Of a DNA stretch of 64,000 nucleotides, positions 10,767-20,404 are shown in pieces (the first letter of the stretch is position 1; every line of letters starts with the position of its first letter). A program made the position numbers and the translations under genes. Under the pieces are notes generated by a model, which made no database searches, had not been told where the DNA came from, and saw only the letters and a list, made by a program, of their open reading frames with translations. Origin of the DNA: Balamuthia mandrillaris (lineage: Eukaryota); contig JAVKOQ020000039.1 of the NCBI GenBank assembly GCA_031835245.2, positions 124,001-188,000 of the forward strand. The letters run 5' to 3'.

Positions 10767-12950
10767 ATGGAGGAGAAGCCGCGAGAAACGACAGCAAACT
10801 ATGAGCTGCACCTTCGCCTTCAGAACCGATGGATGGACGAATACGCTGCGGACGCCGCTCAGACGAGCCGTTGGGTGCTTGCTTCCAGAGCAGAAGGAGG
10901 AGGAGGAGAGGACCCTCTGCTGGGAGACTTTGTGAGGGCGCTGGTTCCAGTGCATAGCTGCTCCGCGTTCAACTTTCAGTCGATGCTCCAGCGGAACGGG
11001 CTCTTTTCGCGACAACGGCTGACGGGGACGGGGACGGGGACGGGGACGGAGAAGAAGGAGGAGATCATGAACGAGCTAACGGGAGAGCTGAACCCAAAGA
11101 CGAGCGTCTGTTTGAATCTTCAGGAAAAGTATGCAGCGAAGTTTGAGCCGTTCTTGGCAAGGAAAAGATGTTGGCGGGATCAAAGTCGGCTCATGAAAGG
11201 TTGTTCTCGTGCTTCTTGTTGTTCTTGTTGTTCTTCTTCTTGTTCTTCTCCTTGTTCTTCTTCTTCTTGTTCTTCTTCTTCTTCTTCTTCTTCTTCTTCT
11301 TCTTCTTCTTCTTGTTCTTCTTCTTCTTCTGCTTCTGCTTCTTCTTCTTCTTCTTCTTCTTCTTCTTCTTCTTCTTCTTCTTCTTCTTCTTCTTCTTCTT
11401 CTTCTTCTTCTTCTTCTTCTTCTTCTTCTTCTTCTTCTTCTTCTTCTTCTTCTTCTTCTTCTTCTCCTTTTTTTTCTTCTTTTTCTTCTTTTTTTTTATA
11501 TGTGTGACTCTTTGTTGTTATTTCTTTGGTTCTTCATGTTTGTTTATTTTAATTAACTTTTATATTATTCCACTTATTCTTTTCAAAGACTGCGAAAGCT
11601 GCAAAGCGCAGCTGTATAACTTGGCAGAGGTGGCCATCACCAAACACAAACTCGGCGAAACCCGCTGCATCATCATCCGACAGCTTCGCCTTCGTAAATA
11701 TTTTCGCAACGTCTTCTCCGCGCAAGACTTTATCACCATCGACAACATCGCTCTGCAAATTTATCATCAATCCATCTCTGCTTCTGCTTCGTCCTCTCCT
11801 TCTGCTTCGTGGACAGGGATAGAGTACTGGGTGGACGAATTCTTGGAAACGGATCGCCGCGTCTTCTCAGTGTTGGGTCCAAATGTGGACTACGGTCCCA
11901 TCTCTATCCTCTTCTCTCGCGATCTGTTGCAACATCCAGAGATGGAGCTGGTGGTGAACAGCAGCACCACCTTTCTTTCCGGTCACACGTTTAGGTTGCG
12001 TCCTTGGAGTCCTCGACATGTTCAGTTGAAAGAAGAAAGGAAAAAGCAGGAAGACGGAAAGGTAGAAGCACAAGACTATGAGAGAGGAACGGATACCGAT
12101 GTTGATTACTGGTTGGGGTACTTTGTGGCAAAGTACAATCGTGAAGGCGTTAGAGCACAATGGCACGAGCTGAAAAACCGTAAGGAGTCATGGACATTAG
12201 CTAAACTGCACGCCAACGTGCCAGGATGGGATACTTGCTTTGCAAGAGGTACCTCTCCTTTGTTCTTGATTCGTTCTAAAGTGAGAGAGAGAGCATGAAA
12301 AACGGAAAGAGATGGCAAACAAAAACACAAAAACAGAAATAGGAGGACAAGCAAGAATGGCACTAACCGGTCAACCCATCGTAATACCGCCGCCCCATTA
12401 TCTCGTTGAGCACTACGCCCATGCTGACGAGTCATTGGGCATCATCGCTGCCTCATGTTATCGTCCGTCTTCTTCTTCGTCCTCTGCATATTCTAGAAGC
12501 AACAACAGACTGCCACCACCGCTTCATCCCGGTCGTGTCCAGACGTCCGATATAGTAGAATGGTACTTGTCCGAAGTGGACAGTCACGGCAGGATCGAAG
12601 GCTTGATGCCGGGCCACACCTCTCTGCGATACATCGAACACGTACTCATCGCAGAGTCCGTCTTGACCGCTTCTCTGCGTGCTTTGTTGCAGGAGACGTT
12701 TGTGGAAGAAGACGAGGAAGAAGGAGAAGGAGAAGAGGGACAAGAAGAAAAGGAGAAAGAGAAGGGCGAGAAGAAGCAGAAGAAGCAAAGCTTGTGGGAA
12801 AAAGTGGTTGTGGTGAAGGATGAGAAGGAAAGCGAAGAGTGGCAGCGTCGATACTTTTTGCAGCGATGGAAAAGAGAAACGATCCACCGACTCGCGGAAG
12901 AGGTCGCAATGGAAGAAGAAAACGGCAGCAAGAAAAGAAAGAGGAGGTGA
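10767..12950 (+). CDS. Hypothetical protein with ADP-ribosyltransferase-like motif layout, 3 exons
   Basis: Three ORF segments joined by GT-AG introns (about 11200-11588 and 12249-12336); motifs VHSCS..FQSMLQRNGLFSR, VFSVLG...YGPISILF, RIEGLMPGHTSLRYIEHVLI. Confidence 0.6.
11205..11495. repeat. Long (TTC)n microsatellite in an intron
   Basis: Directly visible. Confidence 0.9.
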
Positions 12951-12989
12951 AAGCAAGCAGCAAAAAAAATAAATAAAAAAATAACAGAT

Positions 12990-13456
12990 TCACTTTGTCT
13001 TCTTCTTGGGGGCGACGGTTGGCGTGTCCGACTTGCTGGTCCGCCCGATGGTTGCCTTCAGGCGGGATGTCTTGGGGGAGAGAAAGGATTGGAGTTTGGT
13101 GTGGAGGTCCTCCTCCTTGTTCTCCTCGGGGGAGAAAAAGTCCAGGATGCGACGGCCGTGGTACCACCAGCTTACCCGGATGAGGACCAGCAGGGACAGG
13201 AAGCTGACCAAGAAGAACGTACAAAGAATGACCTTTGAAGGAAGGAAGATTGGGATGAGAGGAACTTCCAACAAGAACGATTGTGTATGTTCTTGAAAAA
13301 AACATTTTAAAAAAATGAACGCACTTGAACTCTTTGATCAACGGTTTCGGAAGATTGCAAAAAGAAGCGATAGTACCAATCCAAGAAGCCTTGAAGGAAA
13401 CCTTCAAACCCTTCGCTGTTCATCCAACCCGAGGAAGAGCTTGGCAGCCCTTGCAT
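12990..13456 (-). CDS. Possible small single-pass membrane protein; start and first exon uncertain
   Basis: ORF 12990-13274 has a hydrophobic segment VILCTFFLVSFLSLLVLI then a basic tail; candidate first exon MQGLPSSSSGWMNSEGFE upstream. Confidence 0.35.
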
Positions 13457-13572
13457 TTCCTTCTTCTGAGCCCTTTTTGGTTTATTGTCGACATGCTACC
13501 AAGCCGCTGTCTGTGCCGATGCGACGATTTTCTGATTTTGAACTTCAAAATCATTGAATTTTAATCAACTAA

Positions 13573-13645
13573 GCCGGGCTAGCTCAGTCGGTAGAGCGCA
13601 AGACTCTTAATCTTGTGGTCGTGGGTTCGAGCCCCACGCCTGGCG
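13573..13645 (+). tRNA. tRNA-Lys(CUU)
   Basis: 73-nt cloverleaf: acceptor GCCGGGC/GCCTGGC, D-arm GCTCAGTCGGTAGAGC, anticodon arm CAAGA-CTCTTAA-TCTTG, T-loop GTTCGAG; no encoded CCA; followed by a T-run typical of Pol III termination. Confidence 0.97.
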
Positions 13646-13817
13646 ATTCTTTTTCTTTTTGTTTTTTGCTTCAGTTTTTTGTTTGCTTCTTCCTGCCCGG
13701 TTTTTTTTTTTTCGTTCTTTCTTTGGTTTCTGTTGTTTCCTTTGTTTTGTTTGTTTGTTTGTTTGTTTTTTTGCTGTCGTGCCAATTTTTTTTCTAGCCG
13801 GGTATCTCATCCCTTCT

Positions 13818-14502
13818 TTATTTATCATAGGCGGATGCAATGCCCAACAGGACCAAGACAGCAGGTCCCCACAGCACGCAGTTGATGAACTGCAGAATGA
13901 ACGCCCAGTCAGGGTTCCAATAGTACTCGTCCAGCTCATCGTTGGCGACTTTGCTGCTGAACACGCCGATCATCACGACCAGGGCCACGACGTCCAACAG
14001 CCTTGAGGTCACCAGAATTAGCATGTAACAAGAAAACTCCAAGCAGACGAACACAAAACATGATACAACAGAACAGGAAACCGGCAACGTACAAAACAGC
14101 TGCTGTGCAAGCCACTGCAATAATGTTCGCATAACGAGCAAATTTCTTTTTTTGCTTAAAGGTGCAAACGAGGCTAACGCCAAGAGCGAATTCCACCAAA
14201 AGCGAGGTGGGGATGGCAATGATGATCAGAGCTCCAGCAGCAGATCCCCCGCTCCTCATGTCCTTGAACGTCTCGATGTCTGAGTAGGACCGTGGGTCGT
14301 CCTGGTCTGATTGGTAGCCCTTCCACCCCACCCAGTACTCATCCACGTAATAGCCATCGTCATCAGAGTAGACGTAAAAGAACCCGCTATAACTACCAGC
14401 CGCACCTGCAATGAGCCAGAGGAAGATGATGAAGCCAATGAACAGTACGAGTCCCTTCAGTAGGAGAGAAATCTTTGCTTTCTTTTCCAGCTCGAACTTC
14501 AT
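13818..14502 (-). CDS. Four-TM claudin/amastin-like membrane protein, 2 exons
   Basis: TM1, loop with YWVGW, TM2, TM3, short loop, WAFILQ-TM4; intron about 14003-14080. Confidence 0.6.
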
Positions 14503-14728
14503 GCTTTTCCGTTGGTAATGTTGTGGTATGTGTGTGTGGCTTGTTTTATTTTGTCTCTGTTTACTCTTTGCAACAAACAAACAAGAAAAGCGATAAAATC
14601 GCAGAAGTCGTCGAAGTTGACCGAGGAAGAAGAAGACTTGAAGCGGATATGAATGTGTAGATCACGTGCCGACCAATGATCCTGCTCACCTCTCTTCACC
14701 CTGATTCTCTCTTCGTGGCCAAAGATCA

Positions 14729-14908
14729 CTACCATTTGATAGGAATGACTTTCTTTTGTTGGCGGGCTTCCTCGGCGAGGTTGGCAATGCGACACACAGC
14801 GACGGCATCCTTGCGCTTGGCCATAGTGTCGTCCTCTTCAGGGTTTCTGCCATCCAGAATCATATCAACAAAGGCCTTGAGCTCTTCCGCGTATGCCTCT
14901 ACGCATTC
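14729..14908 (-). pseudogene. Orphan 3' fragment resembling the C-terminus of a Gfo/Idh/MocA (inositol-dehydrogenase-like) oxidoreductase
   Basis: Minus frame reads EAYAEELKAFVDMILDGRNPEEDDTMAKRKDAVAVCRIANLAEEARQQKKVIPIKW*; only ~300 bp of AT-rich DNA before the next gene, so no room for the N-terminal domain. Confidence 0.45.
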
Positions 14909-15229
14909 TGTTCAACCCTTATTTGTCTTTGCAGGTGAATAAATTATCAATTTTCATATTTATAAACACAAAACTTTTACATACAATTAAAACAAAAAGG
15001 ATTATACCATGAATTTTAAATCCTGAGTTATCCACATCAAAGATTATGGATATCTTCAATAGATGAAATCATGTAGAACTTCTTGGTAGTATCCAAGAAT
15101 AAATCCCCCCCGTCGGTTCGAACCCCGTCGGTGACGGTTTTGATTTTCTTTCTCTTTTTTTTTGTTGTGTGCACAATTAGTGCACTAATTGCGCACAAAC
15201 CAGAGTACCCAAAAGAAGAATCGAAAGAA

Positions 15230-15631
15230 ATGGCAGAAGAAGAGCAACCACCACCACATTGGAAGGAGGGAGAGGAGGAAGAGGAGGAGGAGGATGGCTA
15301 CGAGGCGGCCAACACGAACAGGCGGTGGCAACAGCTCCAGGAACAACTGCCCTTCCTTCGGCCGGAGAAAGGGCTGACTCCCCACCGGGGCAGGGACGTC
15401 GCTCACCTCTGGGCTGGCTACCTGCTCCTCCTGGCGACCTTCCTCTACTTTGTGGTGTCCCTCTACTGGGTGGTGGCCTCCAAGTGGATGCCCTGGACGG
15501 GGGTGCCCCTGCTGGACTGGATGAAGGAGGATCGGTACTACGGCCTGTTGGTGCAGGCCACCATTCCTGCCACCCTGGTCCTGGTCGTTCCCAACTTTTT
15601 CAGTTTCAAGTTCCTCAAGCAAAACAACTGA
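15230..15631 (+). CDS. PIGY: GPI-GlcNAc transferase subunit Y (PIG-Y/Eri1 family)
   Basis: Two TM segments with the family pattern SKWMPWTGVPLLDWMKEDRYYGLLV..TIP...NFFSFKF. Confidence 0.75.
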   Translation: MAEEEQPPPHWKEGEEEEEEEDGYEAANTNRRWQQLQEQLPFLRPEKGLTPHRGRDVAHLWAGYLLLLATFLYFVVSLYWVVASKWMPWTGVPLLDWMKEDRYYGLLVQATIPATLVLVVPNFFSFKFLKQNN

Positions 15632-15720
15632 GGGATGATTGATTATTTATTTGTAAAGAAAGAAAGTGTTTCTCTTTGTTTGTTTTATGATAGGGTCTGT
15701 GTTCACTTGTTTTTTTTTTT

Positions 15721-16103
15721 TCACTTTGCTAATCCCAACAAAACAGCGTGCCCTCTCTGCAGAAGGCTCTCGATCTTGGCCAGGTCTTGCTCCTGCTTGT
15801 GCTGCTGGAAGTTCAGCGTGATCCGCTGCCTCGCCCATTGCCTGGCCCGCTCGTTGTGTTTCAGGGCATGATCGCACGTCCGCAGCAACAGCTTGTACAG
15901 CTGCTTGGCATAGCCAGCGTAGGTTTGCCGCAGCTGCGCCTGTGATGCTTGCATAGGTGGCCACCCCCTGTTCCTTTCTTTTATCGCCACACGCTTCCCG
16001 TCTCTCTCGTCCTTGCTCGTGTCTACCTTAAACCGGTAGGATGCTCTCTCCAATCCGCGTCACTCGTTTTGGGTGGCTCTCTCTTGTCCTGGCCCCTCTC
16101 CAT
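15721..16103 (-). CDS. LYR-motif (Complex1_LYR-like) small protein, 2 exons
   Basis: LYKLLLR...ARQRITLNFQQHKQEQDLAKIESLLQRG pattern; ATG at 16103 joins in phase through a short intron. Confidence 0.6.
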
Positions 16104-16311
16104 TCCAGCGAAATTAGCGGGGAGGGCCGGTGCTATCTCCTGTCTTTCCCACAAAATTCTCGCTTCTTGCTTTCTCTCCCCTTTGGTTCAGCTTAAAAAA
16201 AAGGAAGAGAGAGAAAAAAAAGTAGTGGAAAGCGTCACACGAAAGAGCGCGCCTTCTTTGTCACTTCTTTGAGTTGATTTATTTTTTTTTAAAGAACACA
16301 AGCAGACGCCT

Positions 16312-16684
16312 ATGGAAGACACACAGCTCGTGGAGGAGGGAGTGCAGGAGCTCAAGATCCAAGAGGACGCTCCCAAGGCAACGGAGGAGGCGGCCTCTGG
16401 CGGCGGATGGGAGGAAAACGCTGTCAAGATGATGGCCGGCGGACCCGCTGAAGACCATGACGAGGAGGAAGCGCCACAACAACCTCAACCACCCCAAGCC
16501 GCGGCGGCGGAGGAGGAGTACGGAGATGAGGATGAGGAGGGTCCCTCTCAGAAACCCGCCGTTGCCACCCGCGAGCCAGACACTAGGGATCACCTCAGTG
16601 TGGTCTTCATCGGTCACGTTGGTGCGCTTTACCTTCTTTTTTTTTTTTGAATCCCCTCCCTTTTGTCCCTTCCATATTGACTCC

Positions 16685-16724
<40 letters not shown>

Positions 16725-18537
16725 GTGTTTCATAGATGCTGGCAAGTCGACCATTGCAGGCAACATCATGTACGTAGTGTGTTTTGTTGCGGTAGATTGT
16801 TGTTGTCATGATGAAACTGAAACTAATGTTTTTTAATTTTATTTTAAAGGGTGATAACGGGACAAGTGGACGAGCGTACGGTAGACAAGTACAAGAGAGA
16901 GGCTGAGAGCACTGCTGGTGGCAGTTGGTATCTTGCCTTTATCATGGACCAAAATAAGGAAGAGAGAGAAAAGGTTCTTATTCTCTCTCCTCTGCTCTCC
17001 TCTACTCTCCTCTCCATTGTTACCTTACAAACATTCGTCATGTTATTTTTTCCAAACTTTAGGGTAAAACGGTGGAGGTCGGCCGCGCGCACTTTGCCAC
17101 TGAGAAGCGCCGCTTCACCATCCTGGACGCCCCCGGACACAAGAACTACGTACCCAACATGATAGGAGGAGCGCAGCAGGCCGACGTTGCTGTGCTCGTC
17201 ATCTCCGCCAGGAAGGGAGAGTTTGAGACCGGCTTCGACAGGGGAGGTCAGACCAGAGAGCACGCCACCCTGGCCAAGACTTTGGGCGTCAGGCAGCTCG
17301 TGGTGGTCATCAACAAGATGGACGACAAGACTGTGGAGTGGGGCAAGGATAGGTATGACGAGATCGTGGGCAAGCTCACTCCTTTCTTAAAGCAAACGGG
17401 CTTTGGACCCAAGGCCATTACCTTCCTCCCTCTCTCTGGTTACACGGGCATCAACCTCAAGGAACCGATTCCCTCTGGCCTTTGCCCTTGGTATCAGTAC
17501 GTATTTGTTGTTTCTTAGTTTCTCTCTCCTCCTCTCACCTCATCTTGTTCTTTATTGTTTAACTGATCGCTTCAACATTACTTTCGTATTTTTTCAGGGG
17601 TCCTCCTCTTTTGGAGGTGCTCAGCAACTTGAGGCAGCCCCCTAGGAAGGCTGACGGCCCTCTGCGTATCCCTGTTCTGGACAAGTACAAGGAAGCTGGC
17701 AAGCTTATCATCATGGGCAAGGTTGAGTCTGGCACTATCGCTATGGGCCAGGATGTAATGGTCATGCCTGGCAGGGTTAGTATTCTCTTCGTTTCTTACT
17801 CGATATATTTGAAACTCAAAAAATTGCTGTTGGAGGGGATAGATCACAAAGTACTAACATCCAACTTTATCTTCTTTTTCTTTGCTATTTTAGCAAAGGG
17901 GGACAGTTATCTTTTTGGGTACTGACTTGGTTGAGCAAGACAAAATTGGTCCTGGAGAAAACATCAGACTCAGCATTTCTGGTATCCCTGATGAAGGCGT
18001 TCGTTCAGGTACAAAGCCACCTTCATTCCTCCCATTTAGGCTTGACACCACAATAACACATATATAATTTTAAATGTTCCAGGATTTGTGGTTTGTGATG
18101 AAGAGCACCCTGCCGCTGCTGTATCCAAGTTTGAAGCTCAAATCGTGGTGATGGACCTGCTGCGTCACAAGCCTATTTTCTCACCAGGTTACTCGGCTGT
18201 TTGCCACATCCATACCGCTGTAGAGGAGTGCAAAATCACTGTATGTTCTTCTCTCTTTTCTTGTGGTCGTGCTTCACAACATTTTCCAGCAACATTTTAA
18301 TTTAGGTTTTTGAATTTTATAGCATTTGCTTGCTGGTGTGGATCCTAAGACTGGCAAACCTACCAAGAAGAAGCCCAAGTACGTGAAGAAGGGAGAGATG
18401 GTGATTGCGCGTATCGAGCTGACCCAAACGGTCTGCATGGAATTGTTTGAGAGTTTCCAAGCCCTTGGCCGCTTCACTCTTCGTGACGAAGGTACCATTC
18501 TTCTTTTATTTATTGTTTCTGTTTGTCCCCTGTTTCT

Positions 18538-18591
<54 letters not shown>

Positions 18592-18724
18592 CCGTTCTCT
18601 TTGCCACAAATATTCTGATGTTCTCTTATTCTAACACATTTTCTTGCAACAAACAACAGGCAAGACCATCGCTATTGGAAAAGTGTTGAGATTGCCCAAG
18701 TCGAAAGCCCCAGAGGGCAACTGA
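16312..18724 (+). CDS. GSPT1: Eukaryotic peptide chain release factor 3 (eRF3/GSPT/Sup35), about 9 exons
   Basis: VVFIGHVDAGKST, SWYLAFIMD..KEEREKGKTVEVGRAHF, LDAPGHKNYVPNMIGGA, ARKGEFETGF, NKMDD, LGRFTLRDEGKTIAIGKV; stop TGA 18722-18724. Confidence 0.95.
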
Positions 18725-18823
18725 CTAGCAACCCATACCACCACCTCCACCGCCAACACCCGTGCTGGTGGCGGTGGTGGTAGCAAGAAGGACGGCTCGG
18801 GGCAAGGGGCAGGCACTTATTAG
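18722..18823 (+). promoter_or_regulatory. Candidate stop-codon readthrough cassette (UGA-CUAG, stem-loop, in-frame extension)
   Basis: TGA CTAG; stem taccaccacctccacc (18736-18751) pairs with ggtggcggtggtggta (18767-18782) at 15 of 16 positions; next in-frame stop TAG 18821-18823. Confidence 0.6.
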
Positions 18824-19232
18824 CTTTTTTTCGACTTAGTGAAACACAAACAACAACAGTTCCAACAAGCAACAAGTGAGACACCCATCACCACCAGTTT
18901 CAACTCAAACTCCATCCATGACCCAACAACACCCTCAACTTGAAGGGATGGATGGATGGGCTCCCTTTTTTTTAATTATTCAAAGAGCTTTAGCCTACTA
19001 TCCTTTCAACAAAAAAAACGTTCTTCTCATCTCCGTTGCAAACTTGCTTTTTTTTCTTTCTTTTTTTTAAAAAAATTATACGTTGTTACTCTCATTCTCT
19101 CTCTCTCTCTCTCTCTCTTTCTCCTTGTATTCATGCATATTTTTTTTGTTTCAGGAATTCTTTTCGTTAACAAAAAATAAAATAATAAAATAATAAAATT
19201 AATAAGATAAAAAAAACGGGATAAACAAAAAA

Positions 19233-20104
19233 ATGGAAGTATTTGTGGTACGGCATGGCGAAAGACTGGACGACGTGGACCCATCCTGGAAGGAAACCGA
19301 AAAAGAAAGACCCTACGACCCTCCCTTGACCGAAGCGGGCCTCCAACAAGCCCGCAAAACGGGGCTCCGCCTTCGCCGGGAGCTCACGCCGGAGCAAAGA
19401 AAAAGGGCCAAAGTGATCTCCTCTCCCTTCCTTCGCTGCATGCAAACAGCCACAGAGATCGCCAAAGCCTTGCATGAAGAAGAGGAAGAAGAAGAAGGGG
19501 AAGCTGAAGGAAGGGAAGAGAAGAGAAGCGAGAGAGGACTTGGTCATGGCGTGCATGTGGAATACGGGCTGTATGAGGGTCTTTTGGCCGCTTGGTTCCC
19601 TGTGCGCCCCAGCTTTGAGGGCTTGGAGGAGCGCTTCGTGGTGAACGGCAGCTACGAGGCCTATCTCTCCCAAGTCACCGTCTTTCCCGAGGTTCTCCCT
19701 CTTCTTGCTTTGCTTTTTTTTGCTCTTTCCCTTCTGACTTCAAAATAAACAGACAGTGGAGCAGCTAGCCCGTCGCTACACGAAAACAGCTAAACATCTC
19801 ACGGCGAAGCATACACCGGGGGAGCCGCTCATCCTGGTCACGCACGGCTATGGCGTGCAGTGCATCTCCCAATACTTTGACCCCGAGCTGTTCGTGATCG
19901 AGACGCCCTACTGTTGCATCAGCAAGTGCGTGCCAAGAATTCCTCCTCCCAATGCTTCGTTCTTTCTCTTTTTCTCTCTCTTACGCTTACTTGCCTACCT
20001 ACTTACCACAACACAAAACAAAAAGGTTTCGGCGAGAGAAGCCAAAGAGGAGCTGGCAAACCGTTCGGTTCGCTGATGCCAGCCATTGGCGCTCCTCCTC
20101 TTGA
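19233..20104 (+). CDS. Histidine phosphatase (phosphoglycerate mutase) family protein, 3 exons
   Basis: VFVVRHGERLD, DPPLT..GLQQA, SSPFLRCMQTA, ILVTHG. Confidence 0.9.
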
Positions 20105-20404
20105 AGCAGCTACGCTGCCCCTTTGCTTTGCTTTGCTACACACACAAAAAAAATAAATAAATAATAAACATGTCGACAATTAACGAACAACTTTGATCTG
20201 TCACGTAAAGTTTCAAACCACCAATCAGAAATCGAAATAGAGGCTTTAATTTACCATAAATAGATCGGCTATATAAAATATATTGTCTGATCTCTCACGT
20301 CGACAATTGAACTCGCTTTTCCCGCCAAAAATGTTGTCGACAGTAAACAAAGGAAGAAAAAGAAAAGAGATCCAACGAAAACAAAATTGAAAAAAAAAAA
20401 AGAG

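Noticed and set aside
7766..10935. Long plus-strand ORFs (252, 292, 391 aa) opposite the surface-protein genes
   Set aside because: Antisense shadows of GC3-rich coding sequence with no motifs.
18912..18960. ATGA...AA...GA hairpin after the eRF3 UGA as a SECIS element
   Set aside because: The outer ccatccat/atggatgg stem pairs, but the 11-12 bp helix above the core cannot form, so selenocysteine recoding is not supported.
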